Source: Laetmonice hystrix | Lineage: Eukaryota | Reading direction: 5' to 3' | DNA length: 64,000 nt | NCBI GenBank assembly: GCA_965235115.1 | Contig: OZ249451.1 | Span: forward strand, 1,736,001 to 1,800,000 | Shown here: piece after piece, positions 24,175 through 38,590 of the stretch | Numbering within the stretch: position 1 is the first letter of the stretch | How the letters are laid out: every line of letters begins with the position of its first letter | Made by a program: the position numbers and the translations under genes | The notes under the pieces: model-generated | Told to the model about the DNA's origin: nothing | Seen by the model: only the letters and a program-made list of their open reading frames with translations | Database searches by the model: none

Positions 24175-27100
24175 TTAGTCATTTTGAATATAACAAATCA
24201 GTCCTAACTCCGGGATCTTTTCCGCCTTCTTAGTGTTCATAACCAAGCACAGTGAGGGCTGCGAACTTTACAATAAATTTAGAACTTCTGGCTCACCTAT
24301 TTGGGGTAGTGAAATCAATATTGACGGGAGGTGGGGCCTATTGAACCTTGTCGACTGACTGACTGAAAAATTTGAAGGATCCCCTATAGACCGACTATTT
24401 TCGGTACATGCTTCCGTCTCCCTTCTTCCAGACAAGCAACCCTCAATAAAATAGCATGACTGGTATAACATATTTCATGTTCATGTGGTAGACGGCCACA
24501 CGGACACACATAAACCTACAAACGACACCCATAAACTCAAGACCATGGACTGGGGTTGGTATGCCTATACCTGCGTGCTATGACATCACACACGGGCCGT
24601 TTAGTGCACAGGTCAATTCTTTTACACGGGTTTGCACATGAGCACCAATGTTCGCTTAAATGAAGGGGTAGGGCCTATACAGCTACCGGCGGGTAAATGA
24701 GGTTGCGTAAAAATGCACATGAAAATGCTGCGAAATGATCATACATGTATGTTTATTTAGCACTATACATATACGTATATATACATAAGTCAGACAGGCG
24801 TCTAGTGCCATTCCATGCACACGACATGCAAATACCACTTTAAAGAAAGGATTGCATCATTATTTTGCATAATAATTAATGTGGGATTATTTTCACGGGC
24901 CACGCTGACTCCATGTCCATCCGCATTTGCTTTTGCACAGCGCGTGTAAATATAGCGGGACAATGGACCTGGCCACTGGTCAGTCTGGTATGGGACACGC
25001 TCCATTGACTCCCATTGGGAAGGTTTACCAGCTGGCGTCCTGTATAGCAGCCGACAAAATGGCGACCGAACTCCCGACGTTGGGGTACAAATGAGCAAAA
25101 AAAAAACACATAAAAGTGAACATTGCAATAAAAATAAAATAGCCCATGTCAAATGGGAGTATGGGTCGAACATAATGGGGTATATATTATACCCCATCCG
25201 TTCCCAGTTTGTGTCGCATACACGGGTCTCAGTTGTGTGGTGCGACGAGTTCTAAGTGGAACCTGCGAACCGTGTCGGTTCCGGTTCGGTAGGCAGCATC
25301 GGAAGATGTTGGTCTCTTCCCATGAGCCGGTCCTGTTTAGCTCACAGACTGCATGTCCGAGTTCCTGGCCAACTAACCCGTTAATAGCTGCCAAAAACGG
25401 GCCAGTGGCTAACACGGCCACTGGGGGTTAGAAACGGGTTTTTATATGAACATTTGATCAGGATCCACTGGGGGCGGGGGGAGGGTGTGGGAGAGGGGAA
25501 ACCGGTGGTGTTTATGCCCTGCCGGGGAGTTGTGTCCAACAAAAGTACAATCAGCTCAGCGGAAAGCTATCGGATCTTAAATGACCTGACCTCCGCACTG
25601 CCTCCCCTCGGGAAGGCTATTGGTGACTTGCCTCCGTTTCTTTGGTTGAATCTTTTATTCAGTTGAAAGCTACGCTATACAAAAGAATAAGAACAGTAGC
25701 GACTCGCATGACAGATTTTGTTGGCAGTCGTGTAGAGCGATTTCCTTTGTTCGTCTGAATTAACTTTAATACGACAGTAAGAACAGTAACAACATAAACC
25801 TCTGAGGCATGTTCGTGGGAACAATGAAACATTGAGATAAGCTGAAATAAAATCCCTCACCTGGGGAGGGGAAAACAAGTTATTATGGTAGCCTCAAGTT
25901 AATTATCTGTTACATAACCATTGGCCATGTCTTTAGCATTACCTATTTCATAGCCATTGCCGATTGTAGACACCTGCTGCAGACACCAAACGAAGTTTAA
26001 GCTTACCAGCGACCCCTGCCGTCAATTTCCTGAACAGACGTTGTATCAAACAATTATAAAATGCGGTTTTCTATTTTTGTAACGTGGTGTCCAGTGACCC
26101 GAACTGGTATTACTAAAAAAAAAACGGGATCTCTTATCGAAGTTAAGTGTTACTCTTTACAATAGCGTGCGCTCCACGCTCCCTTAAACCTCTCGCAATG
26201 GTCAAGTTCATTGTTTTCCGCCGAGTAACCATTGTGCATGTTGGGAGCGGCCCTTCACGCGTAACAACGTTACGGAGTTTCTAACGTGACGTCACAAACA
26301 TCATAAATGACGCCAAGTGACCGCTTAACGCCTCATTTAAACTTAAAAGTACCGGTAGCTGGATGGCATGACGTGCCAAATCACGTTACTGATGTTTTGT
26401 ACAAACAGAAAACTGCACACGAGAACAGAACAGACTTGTGCCGACAGCAAGCAGTGCGTGCGGAAAATCACAATAGTCAATGAATTACTTTTATTTAACT
26501 GATCGGGTCCTGCAAGCAACGGTTCCCAATAAAACTCCAGCTATATAGGTCTATACTGTTTTCCTTTAGAAAAATAACACACACACAGAACACCCTCCTC
26601 CTAGTCACACATGAAGGACATGCATTCTCCATAGGCCTATTCCAAGCTAACATGCTCAGGCTTGCACACCACAGTCCGCTAGGCTTAGGCATGACATGAC
26701 ATTATGTGTGCGCATTTAAAACAGCAGAGTTGGCGTCAAACATTTTGACTGACAGATTCTGGCGCGCTGAGCGGACAAGGCCACGTCGATTACCTGTCCT
26801 AAGGGAGTGAAGTGCCCTCCTGTACAAATAATCATATATCTATTTTCAAAGCGGAAAAATACCACCGGGGGAGTGCACAAGAGGAAATAGTTGGCTTGTT
26901 ATGATAGCAGTGAAATGCTGAAGGTATTAGAGGGGGGTGCCTCGCGTCAGGTGAGGTTACGTTACGGTCTGGATGTCTCTGACCTGAATCAACAACAGCC
27001 TTCTTCCAGCACTGTCTGGCTTGCGGTTGGCATGTGGGCCAGCAGCAGGATTCCCACTTTTTATCGGTAGGCCTACGTTGGGAAGCTGGCCTAAGGAGGG

Positions 27101-28925
27101 GGTTGGTGGTGGGGTTGGGGGCAGACCGTACCTGGTTAACCATGTGTAACCAGTGGTAAACCAGTGGCGAGAGAGAGGTTAACAGACCCGCCGCTGATCG
27201 AGTAGTCGGGCCTTCAAAAGCCACACGTCTTGGGGAGGTCACTCCAGCCAAACAACTCCATCAGAGTTCGCGATTTTGTATGGCATTTCCCCATGAAACT
27301 GGGGCGGGGTAGGGCTTAAGGGCAGGGACAGGGGCAGGGGCAGGTGTAGGGCAGGTGGACGACCGATAGGAGGCTTTTTCAAAGACTTTTGTTGGAATCA
27401 TGGTTTCAGGGTCCGAATAATGCATCTTCATAAAAAGAAGGGGGAAAGGGAAAATTTAAGGGCGGCTGTCTTTATATCGATGGTCTACCTTTGGCATGTT
27501 TGTTTCCTGCTCCATAATCTCACTTGAAACACAAATATTTATTACATTAAATAATTTCCTTTTCTACCTTATTTATTGACTATTACATGACATGACAAAT
27601 GCCTTCGCCCCCGCAGACTTATATAAGCTCGATTGTCGGATGCGTGTTTAAGACGGCTGGATGGACGCGGAATGTTACCACAATGAGTAGAAGAATTTCT
27701 CGGCTGTAGATCACCCAAAAAGTTACCACAACTCGTTGACAGGTGTATACTATACAGTGAAACCAGGACTGCCTTTAGGGAGTCAAAGGTTGAAAGGAAG
27801 GTCCTGGCCTGGTAACATGTATTTGTATCAACCCTTCCAAGGTGACAAATGGTGTACATGTACATGTATGTTAAGTCATGACGAGTTCTCAGTATATCTA
27901 CCAATCGTCCGGCCCCAGGCCAACTAACATTCTCCCGTCTTGGAATAAACAAATGTGAAATCAAAGACTCGAGGGTAATGAGGTCAGAGTTTGGACATTT
28001 CGCTTGTCTTAAAGTCCGCTCGCATCGCCGCGATTTCACTTCGTGAGGTTTTTAATCAAATCTTCTCTTTAAAAATGGAATTATCTTAAGTTAGCACACG
28101 TCCGCTGATGTCTCTTTAAAAATGGAATTATCTTACATAAGTTAGCGTATGTAGAAGTCTACGCTGACGTCGCTTAAAGTTACATTCAAAAGGCGATTTA
28201 CGTCTGGCCCAAGGCCGCGTGATGGTAGTGCCATTTTAATTAACCAATCATCGCCACAGGTTACGAGGAACGCCAAGCTGTGACGTCATGTCCCTCGATC
28301 TGGTCCTTACGTCCTAAGGGTCATCCCAACTCCTTTACAGCACATACACGCCACTACTGTCAACATCATTTACCTCGTCTGAGGACATGTTCCGTGGCTA
28401 ACGGCTTGTTGACCTGTGTACGCCGCCTGGCGGTATAGCAGACACACTAACCGCCTCTGGCAACCACAGTTAGATCCAAGCTGCCAGGACCCGGCGCGAC
28501 GTACTCCTGGCGTCCTTGTCATGGCCAGGGTCGCGCCATGCGGTGAGATCAGGTGAGGATTGTGGTCAGGCTGTAAGGTGGCGAATAAAAAAACCACGGG
28601 GGATTGTAGGAAATACTTGTACAAGGAAGACATGCCTAGCGGTTATATAGTTGTTCTGTAAATCATGTAAGGATGTATAGGTCTAAAAAAAAGTATGTGG
28701 TTGGGCCCCCTTAATGGAGGGCACGACGCAGTGCATGACGGTCAACCAGGCCTGGCGGGGTGGGGGGGTGGGGGGGGGGGTGTTTGTATGTGGTATAGGA
28801 TAAAAGTCGGCCGGTAGAGGGCGCGGTGATCGAGTCGACAGCCTTCAGCTGTAAAATCACATGGTACCATCCTCACAAAATTAGGCCAGAGAAATTAAAA
28901 GGCTATCATGGTTTCTATAACGATT

Positions 28926-29437
28926 TCTAGCCCCAAACTCAACTTTTATCCCTACCCGACATCCTCACAAAATTAGGCGATAATAATTCAAACTTTATCC
29001 CGTCTTCTAGCCCCAAACTCAACTCTTATCCCTACCCGACATCCTCACAAAATTAGGCGATAATAATTCAAACTTTATCCCGTCTTCTAGCCACAAACCC
29101 AACCCTTATCCCTACCCGACATCCTCACAAAATTAGGCGATAATAATTCAAACTTTATCCCGTCTTCTAGCCGCAAACCCAACCTTTACTCCTACCCGAC
29201 ATCCTTACAAAATTAGGCGATAATAATTCAAACTTTATCCCGTCTTCTAGCCGCAAACCCAACCTTTACTCCTACCCGACATCCTTACAAAATTAGGCGA
29301 TAATAATTCAAACTTTATCCCGTCTTCTAGCCGCAAACCCAACCTTTACTCCTACCCGACATCCTTACAAAATTAGGCGATAATAATTCAAACTTTATCC
29401 CGTCTTCTAGCCGCAAACCCAACCTTTACTCCTACCC
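28926..29437. repeat. 80-bp tandem repeat, about 6 copies
   Basis: cctacccgacatcctcacaaaattaggcgataataattcaaactttatcccgtcttctag... with period 80 (28951, 29031, ...). Confidence 0.95.
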
Positions 29438-30941
29438 CAATATCGTGTGACGTTACGACCGGGGCAATAACCCCTCCACCACCAAGTGGCAACAGTTTTA
29501 TAGGATCACTACATTAGTTTTAGCAGCCGAACGTATCTCGACGACGTTAACGCTACCAGTCTGCCGGTTTATAACCCATTATTCACCCTCTCTTCAGTCT
29601 CGTCCTCGTCTTTGGTCATCAAGATAGCAATCATCACTTAGCGCCCCTTACACGTTTTTATCATTAAGAAAGGAGATAGCGGAACATAAAGATTTTACGG
29701 GATTGATTAACGAAACAACGTGACGTGACGTGATATGGCTACCGTCATGACAACGCGACTGTATGTGCCCTGGACCATGAATATGTATAATTATGTTCAA
29801 TGAGGCGGAGAGAGAGCCAGAACATGTATAATAACTTCAACTTGAAACAATGGTACACATAAAAGGCTGCACTTATCGTGGCCTCGTGTCAGAGGTGGAT
29901 GGATGTCAATGACTTTATGATCAAAGAACGTGTTGTTACCTGTGGCACGCGGCGAAATGGCATTGTAATAAGGGTACGAGCCCTCACCCCGTATCTCCAT
30001 AAAGAAGTTCGCCGCTGAAACCGGCCGGCTACATTACGTATATACATGATTGGGGCACGCGTCAGGAGTTCCGCTCGTGCACTGTGCAACATGCACAGCT
30101 GATCTACCCGACGGTTTATTGTGTGTGTGTCACTGTGTGTCATTGTGTGTCATTGTGTGTGTTGTACAAATCGGCCGACACACAGACAGACATACACAAC
30201 CACAGCCCCGTGTCAGAGGACAAACGCCGGTAGCATTCCAACAAGGTGTCTGTGACCGTCGGGGTGGGGAGGGGGTGGGGGGATCTGCTTGTCTATGACC
30301 GTCGGGCTGTGTGGGGGGATCGGCTCAGTGTACAAACAAGCTGCGTGAAGCCATTCTGACTGGGATCCCAACGCGGCCCGCTCTGATCGGGGATAAGTGG
30401 CAAGGTCATGACCTCTGTCCGTGGTGTCCATTCTGTGCGGTGTTCGGAGGCTCAGGGACTGTCATAATACAACTTGACTTCTTATATAGATCAATGGGAT
30501 AATGACCACCTCATGGGATCCTATAAGGTGTACATGGGGCAGGACTTGGGGGGGGGGGGTCCTTACTATTCATAACCTTTATAACCTATATGTCTACTTT
30601 ATTATACTTGTAGAGGTGTCTTAATGTACATGTATATACATGTACATAATAATATGTACATGTATGCCTAATTAATGTAATCGTCTTATTTCTAAATTCA
30701 TCTCTGAGCTTAACATTCCTAATGTCTGTGCTTTGTAGTTGTCAAATCGCTCCTCATTGCAGTGGATACATAATACCTTTCGCATACCTGTTGCACTTTT
30801 TGCGGTTACCAATACGACTTACCCAAATAAGGGTTGCCTATTGTTTGTTAGCCGACCGCCGTCGGGGGGGTTGACTTTTACGGCCGAGGCCGTTCACGGA
30901 CAGGTGAGGTGTCATAGGGAGGGTGTAACGGCGCTCCCCCT

Positions 30942-31016
30942 GGCCAAGATCTACCCTCCCCCAGGCCATGAGCCGGCCAAGATCTACCCTCCCCCAGGCC
31001 ATGAGCCGGCCCTGGG
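30942..31016. repeat. 33-bp tandem duplication
   Basis: ggccaagatctaccctcccccaggccatgagcc x2. Confidence 0.85.
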
Positions 31017-31204
31017 CCATGGCCTCTTCATGGATGGCTAGTTAGTGGAATCCAAACATAAAAATAGAAATGAATACAATCCAATTAATAGAGTTAATTA
31101 ACAATAAGACAACCAAGAGAGACATTGCCAACAGTGTCCCCATTCTGGTGGACAGATGATAAATCTTTAGATACATTCTCTGGATCAGGCTAGGGGACAG
31201 CAGA

Positions 31205-31680
31205 GTGGGCCGGGGAGCCCGGGTACCGGGGAGCGGGGTGAGCGGGTGAGCGGGTGAGCGGGTGAGCGGGGGAGCGGGTTGATCCGGGGAGCGGGGTGAG
31301 CCGGGGTGCCGGGGAGCCGGGGAGCGGGGTGCCGGAGAGCCAGGCTAGCTGTGATCTGATGGGAGGAGGCCGTCATTCGGCCGTGCCAGTCGTCTCGCTT
31401 ACTGCCCACGGTCCGACCCCCCCCTCTCTACCTGTGCCTGAAGCACAGTCCCCCCCCCCCTGCCACCCCAGCACTGGGACAGGTTCCCAGCCATTGGCAC
31501 GCAAACCGGATGAACGCCTTCAACCCCGCCGCGCCGCGCCGCGTCCCCCCCCCCCCCCCCCGCAACAAGACAGGGGCTCCTGACAGGGGCGGGGGCTCCT
31601 GACGGGGGGCTCCTGACCGGAGCTCCTGACGGGGGGCTCCTGTCAGAGGGCTCCAGGCGCCAGCCCCCCCCCCCCCCAAA
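31205..31680. repeat. G-rich gagcgg(g) repeats followed by C-runs and gggggctcctgac repeats
   Basis: gagcgggtgagcgggtgagcggg... at 31205-31335; ggggctcctgac about 5 times at 31573-31655. Confidence 0.75.
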
Positions 31681-34600
31681 CAACCACATACAACAATCTA
31701 TATCGGGATCACCTAGCCGCAGTCAGCCACAGAGCTGACATTAATCTTTACTTTTCTCAGCTTAGTGATTAATTCTCAGCAGTAATACCTGATGAACTGG
31801 TCCCCCCTCACACCGCCGCCGACACCGCCACCCCCACCCCCACCCCCACCACCCCCACTACTGTAGATAGAACCCCTCTACTATACGGTATATCATGTAG
31901 TTTTGTTAATATCCTCTTGCAGGTGTTATTATGTCGAGGAAATATTCTGTCCATTCCTGACATTCAAATAAAATAAAACTAACAGGTGAAATATAATGTG
32001 CCAACTGTTTTAATATTATTTTTGAAGAGAGCAATCGATAGCTGTGAATGGGTAGCATATCTTTATACTTTATATCGTTATACACTGTTCCCAGGTCTAA
32101 TAGAGGCAACTGTAAAATTCTTCCTAGATAATGATAAATTAATTATACATAATGAGTAGGATTAGAATGCCAAGACATGGATCCCATTAATGATATAAAT
32201 GAAATGTATGTCAAAAGTGGGAGGGAGTTTTCGTGCTGATTAGTTACAATATTTGCTACTAGGGGGCGGTAGTGTATCCTGGCGTCACCATGAGCTCGGG
32301 TAAGCGTCAGGTCACAGCGCCTGTCTAGAACATTCCCTGTTAGCCTCACGTCTGGGGCCTCTATATAGAATGGGAGCTCGTGAAGGTTTTATAAAATACT
32401 TATAGACTTCATACGTTAGATAGAAAGACTACAATATCTTGGTTGTTACGTAAGCCATGTCAAGACTATTTCGATGAGATAACAAGTGTTGTAAAATTGT
32501 TAAAATAATTTTATTTTATTCCCCCCCCCCCAGTAAATATATCTTAAAGATGGTGACAATAAATATTTAGTAGAAGCGTCAGAATTTATTCTGTTTTTTT
32601 TTTGTAATTTTTAAACAGGAATTTGAGAATATCCCGTTTTCCCTTGTATAGAAACTATCAGACGAGGTTGGAGAGGAAATTAAAAAGTGACAATAATATT
32701 TTAATGATTTGATTTGACCTTTGCGATATTTAATTGCAATATAAAGGTGAAACTGAATGGTTTAGTCACTAGAAACCTGAATGCATTTTGTTTGGTCGTT
32801 CCGTATGCCATCACCTCCACCAAATAATATAAATGCGGTTCGTATAATGCGATTTCTTTATCTGACAATTATGAACCTTTATTAACAGAGTGGCCAAAAA
32901 TCATAACATCCTTTTAAGTAATTATTTTTATATCCTGTGGCAATATGAAAATATGCTTATGTCCTCATGCAGATAGACGTTCATGCAAGTTTATAAACAT
33001 GCATGCACGTGTAGTAAAAGAATGTATACAACCAGCTTTAATATCCTAAAATATGTTCCCGAAATAAAACGATTTAAATAACAATAACTAACACGTAATG
33101 AGTCCCCCATAGGGTAACTTGTAAGCACCCCCCCCCCACCCCCCACCCCCCGATTAAGGATGAAGCCGTATAGTAGCGCTGTGGTCCGCTGCCTGGCTGA
33201 CGCCTGTTTCCGAGGTCTAACTTGGCCCAGTCAGATTAAAGGCGACCGACCGGTCTGTCCCAAATATACCCGCTGAGTCCCCGCCACACCAAGCCGTAGA
33301 TCCAGTTCCTCGGCAGTCGGCTGAAAAAAGGAAATTCACCTGGGCGAAACCGGAAAGTCGTAGCGCTGCGGCTGCCCTACGCTCAGAGCCTCGGTGCCGG
33401 CTCGCAATAGGTCGGGCAGGTTTTGGTAATCGTGAATAAAATAAGTAGACAGTCACTGAAGTGTGACAGTGAGCGTGGAAGCCTTGGGTTTCCGAATGGT
33501 TGGGACGAGGCCCGCTGTTCGTTAGGACCGGTGAGCGCAGGGCTGACATACCCGGTAGGTTTCTACATATATACTCACGGATACTAGTATACATGATGGG
33601 CCTATACGATTGATTATTGCAATGGACACTTTAACTGCAGTTCTTTAAATGTGGGTGCCCAGAAAGTTGTTGGGACCAAATTGTGGTGGTTCTCGACGCC
33701 CGGAGTTGAGGAGGTGAGGTAGCTGACGCTAGTGGAGGGAAAGGTAAGGTATCTGACGCTAGACAAGGTTACAAGTTGGGATGGGGACAAGGACAGGTGT
33801 TTTCTCAGGTAACAGGTGTAGCGCCTTAACATCATGTCTTCGTTATATTATTTCAACAGTCTGATATGCCATTAGTTTCACCAACTTTGCATTCTCTCGT
33901 ATCACCGTTAAAGGTCTACATATATTTCTCCACACTCGAGATTCGTCTCGGGGGGAAAGTTAGCCATGCATGACGGACGACTCGCCGTGCAAGGAGAACG
34001 CTGTAGGTGAACGTTAATGTAGAGAGAGATTTCAATATCAAACTGGATCCTAAAACTGTTCTGTCGTGAGGGGAATGAAGTTACCTGACTGAGATATGTG
34101 GCCGTGTTTGGAGGAGAAGGGAGGGAGGGTCGGCCATGTTGTTTACGATACATGGCCAGCTGGACGGACAGTTTGTGCCCGTCAGACGAGTTGGTATACC
34201 CACCGTCACCCTCCCGGTCGGTCGGGACATCAACCAACTCGTTCTTAATGTGTCCACCATACGTGGCTACACATTCGCGATCTTTGAACACGGTCGGGAA
34301 TTATCTCTCAGAAATAGAAAATACTTGTATGGACAGGGGGGCGATATATAGGAGTTACGTCTGTAGGTAGACTGACCTAACTGGGGGGTGAGGGTGGGGT
34401 GGGTGGGGGTGGGTGGGGGTGGGTGGGGGTAGAGATGGGAGGGAGACGCAGACCTCTGTTGGTGAGGCAGCCTTGGTTACGCTCGGTTGATCACGATCCC
34501 GGACTGAGACGCAGGTATTGGTCACACCAGTCATCAGAACGCAGGCTCCGGGACGCAGGGTTCGGTCTCCGCCGGTGGAAGGCAAGGTAAGGCGGGGGTA

Positions 34601-36032
34601 ACCATCCATACTGACGCCGGCCTGGAGGCCACTCCAGGCGGCCACCCTGGAGACCTGGCCGGGCTGAGGGTCGGGTATCTCACTGCCCTGTTATAGGACT
34701 TTGTGTGTCAGTTAGCTATCACTATTCACCTGGACGGGACAGAATGCTGCTGTATGGTTGACAATAAGTTATATGGCGCCTGTGATCAGACAGTAGGAGG
34801 TGGTTTGGCACACACCTTTACCTACGGGTCTGGTTCTGGTCCGGGTTCTTGGCGCAATCTCGGACTATTGTTGGCACATCATACTCATACACCTGTTGGT
34901 TGTCTTGGGACGCTCCTGTCCGCGCGCGTCTGTAGGTGCGTCTGACCGCAGACACCATGCTATATCAGAGATAATACACCTCAGTCAGGACGGATAATTG
35001 GGTGTCATGACATGATATTGTATAATAATGCATGGTGTCATGTATAATAATGCATGGCTGTAAATATTGAATGTAGATATAAGTAATGAAATCAAACAAA
35101 CGTATATAATCGCGATGATTTTACTGAGGGTTATAGAAGCGGTGGTTAGTTGGACGATGGCTCGCCAGGTGGCGGTGGTGTTGTCGGCTAGGACCGTGCC
35201 GTCGCTGGGCCGGTCACGGTCGGATCCCCCCGACCTCCGACCACCGCCGCCGCCTCCTCCTGCCCGGTTTGCGGTGCCGGGGGTGGGTGGGTGGAGGGGT
35301 GCACTGAACACCTACGCCGGTTGCGGGCATTGCGTTTGACACCATTACCAGGGACTGGCCAAACCTGTACTTTAAAGGTGTTTGAATATCGGCCGCCAAA
35401 AAAAAAAAGAAAAAAAAGAAGTCTCAGCAGACGAGGAGGTTTTTCTCTACTGATCCTAGGTGACACAGAATGCCACATGTAGTGGGTGAATGTGCGGTAT
35501 TTTCTATTTGATTTCGCCAGTGTCAGCAAACAAACGGGCAGGGAAGATGTCTGAAAAAGTTCAACTATAATTTCCTCCTTCTCACCATGAAAAAAAAAAC
35601 AGACAGGAAAAGGTCAGAATTAATGCACTAGCCTGGAAAGTTTAGCTTCCGTATAACAAATGTTACTGGTAAATCAAAACAAGATGTCTATGAAAGAGCA
35701 TTGTGTATCTGTGTTAGACCAGGCTGGGAACATTCAGGTAAATAGTCTCAAGTGGCATACAACCCACGTATCCATTAAAGCTATACCGCGATCCTTTTGT
35801 ACACGGATGACTGATGGGAGAATACACCGTGAAACCAGGCCCCGCTATGTGTGTGTGTGTGTGTGTCAGGAGGGTGTTTGTAGATCACGTAAGGTAGCAG
35901 GGGAGTAGGTCAAATCAGAGCAATCGTAATGAGGAGAACTGTGGACTTGTGAGGACGTTTCTGTCAACGAACGCCAGCACTGTGTTTGTATTAGAAGTTG
36001 TGCCAGGCCGGGTCGAGTTCCACTAGCTGGGC

Positions 36033-36552
36033 CATGTATACGTGAACAGGTGGAGGTATACGTGAACAGGTGGACATGTACCTGAACAGGTGGGCATGTA
36101 CCTGAACAGGTGGGCATGTAGGCTACCTGAACAGCTGGGCATGTACCTGAACAGGTGGGCATGTACCTGAACAGGTGGGCATGTACCTGAACAGGTGGAG
36201 GTATACGTGAACAGGTGGACATGTACCTGAACAGGTGGGCATGTACCTGAACAGGTGGGCATGTAGGCTACCTGAACAGCTGGGCATGTACCTGAACAGG
36301 TGGGCATGTACCTGAACAGGTGGGCATGTACCTGAACAGGTGGAGGTATACGTGAACAGGTGGAGGTATACGTGAACAGGTGGACATGTGCCTGAACAGG
36401 TGGACATGTACCTGAACAGGTGGACATGTACCTGAACAGTTGGACATGTACCTGAACAGGTGGGCATGTGCCTGAACAGGTGGACATGTACCACAACAGG
36501 TGGGCATGTACCTGAACAGGTGAACATGTACCTGAACAGGTGGACATGTACC
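36033..36552. repeat. 20-bp minisatellite, about 25 copies
   Basis: Unit tacctgaacaggtgggcatg. Confidence 0.95.
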
Positions 36553-38410
36553 TTGGCCGACAGACACTCTCAGAGGTCTGTCCCCTGCGTTCCCATGCGA
36601 CTGTCAGTAGCGTCAGTATAGCGTTCTTGACAGGACGGTCTCTCATTATAAACGGATGCTACTATGGTTAGGGGGCGTCTCAGGATATAGACTAATTAGA
36701 TTAGCAATGTGAAGGTAAAGCGGCTCTTGATCCCCAAGGCGTTTCCTAAAGATATGTTAAAAGACGCATGTTACGTCAAAAATATGTTACGTCAAAAATA
36801 TCAAATTAAAGGTCACCTCCACCCATAGAGGGCGCTCTTTAAAAATCATTTTAAGTTGCAACTTAAATTTATGTTATATTCCCCCTCCCTAACCTTTGTT
36901 TTAAATATGCTTAAACATTGTTAGGCCGACTTTAAAGGAGTGTATCCCTCGGTTAATATCATTAATCATTACGGGTTATGATTGATCATCCATGACGACC
37001 TCCTGGGATCCATTTCTCTGTTACTATGGTTACCATAGTTACCATGGTTACATGGGACTGACCACTGGAATCACAAATAGCCATGGATATACCTTCATAG
37101 ATACAAACGGTAGAATGTTACCTGGCGGCTTGTTTTTACATTCACCTGAGTCTGCCACAGAGATGACCCAACTATTTCTGAAAATCACTAAACCGTGGGG
37201 CTGCAACCGGTCTTTGTGACCCAGTTTAGCCGGCTCCCTCCCAAAATAACTTCTATTGAAGTTCGTCATAGCATATCATCGTATACCTTTCCGTAAGACG
37301 TCCCATGCCTGGGCATGCAGGTGGGCGGTTAAGGCGTCTTTGGTAATCCTACCATTCTTATATCGAGAGATTCCCGATTAACCAGATAATCCAACAAAGT
37401 ACATCTAATGGCATCATAATCTATCTGATTAATAGGACTACAAATGGCTGACTGCAGACAGCCAAAACGTTATTAAAACACTAGTAATTACTCGAAAACA
37501 CCAGTTTATTGTTTGGCTAACGACAAGGGTGGGGTCCTCGGTAAGATAATGGGATTTTAGATAAATGTTCGACTTCAAGGTAAATCTTGCAAGTAAACAC
37601 TTCCATTATATTAATATGGGAGAGAGGTGGGTGACGCGTCTCCTTCGTCAGCATTCCATAATATTCCTAAAGACATAATATTACTTACAATTGTGGGCAA
37701 ATAGAAAGGTGTGTGGCCATCTGAAGGAATGGCAGACGTATTTTCATTTATTCAGTCAGTAGAGATCTGTTGATCTGTTACAAGAGAACCCAATACCCCA
37801 GGCCAAGGCCCGAGTCCAATCGATATTACAAGGGTTCCTACCCCCCCTCCCCTATTCTCGATCCATCCCTGGGTCCGGTTTTTAGTTTGCAACCCGAGTC
37901 TTAAGATTCAAACCTTAAGACTGAACTTTTGTTTCAGAGTTTCTGATTGGTCCTTCCAATGAAGTCAGCCAATGAGAGACCATAACACAAGTCAGTCTTA
38001 AAAATCCAGGCTTGAGATTGCTAAAATGGCGAACTAAAACCCAGACCCTGGTGTGGAAATTTTAACAAGGTCAAATGGTGCCTCGTTATGAAATCAAGGA
38101 GAACGCGAGCCGTTACAAATGACATTTGGACTGTTGCTGCCAAGTGTCTACTTTGTTCTGAGACTGTTACTCGGACATGGCTCTGCCCTCTGGACACAGC
38201 GTGGTGGAGACTGTAGTATAGAGAAGTAGTAAACACGGTGCTAGTCAAAGAAACCTACACATGGGAAAAGATGTCAGTCTACATGCCTGAGGAGTTTGAC
38301 ACGGAGCCAACGGGCTGGAGGTTTCCGCTTCATATAACATGGAAACCTCGGACCTGTCGCCGACTGGAGCTGAGATTGTGCTGATCCTCCAACACAAACC
38401 ATATCTCAAA

Positions 38411-38590
38411 CAGAAAGACCTGTGCAATGGCACAGAAAGACCTTGCAAGGGCACAGAAAGACCTGTACAACAATGGCACAGAAAGACCTGTACAAGGGGA
38501 CAGAAAGACCTGTGCAAGGGGGCAGAAAGACCTGTGCAAGGGCACAGAAAGACCTGTACAAGGGGGCAGAAAGACCTGTGCAAGGGCACA
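38411..38590. repeat. 22-bp tandem repeat, about 8 copies
   Basis: Unit gggcacagaaagacctgtacaa. Confidence 0.9.

Noticed and set aside
26195-26490. Possible inverted ends (gttcattg...ttttccg / cggaaaa...caatgaa)
   Set aside because: Match needs an 11-bp gap and is too short to support.
33908-35530. GC-rich minus-strand ORFs as possible exons, including a TM-like IIAIIYVCLISLL stretch
   Set aside because: No recognisable homology; the hydrophobic stretch comes from AT-rich sequence, and candidate splice sites do not link in frame.
36023-36646. 207-aa and overlapping ORFs
   Set aside because: 20-bp repeat read-through in multiple frames.
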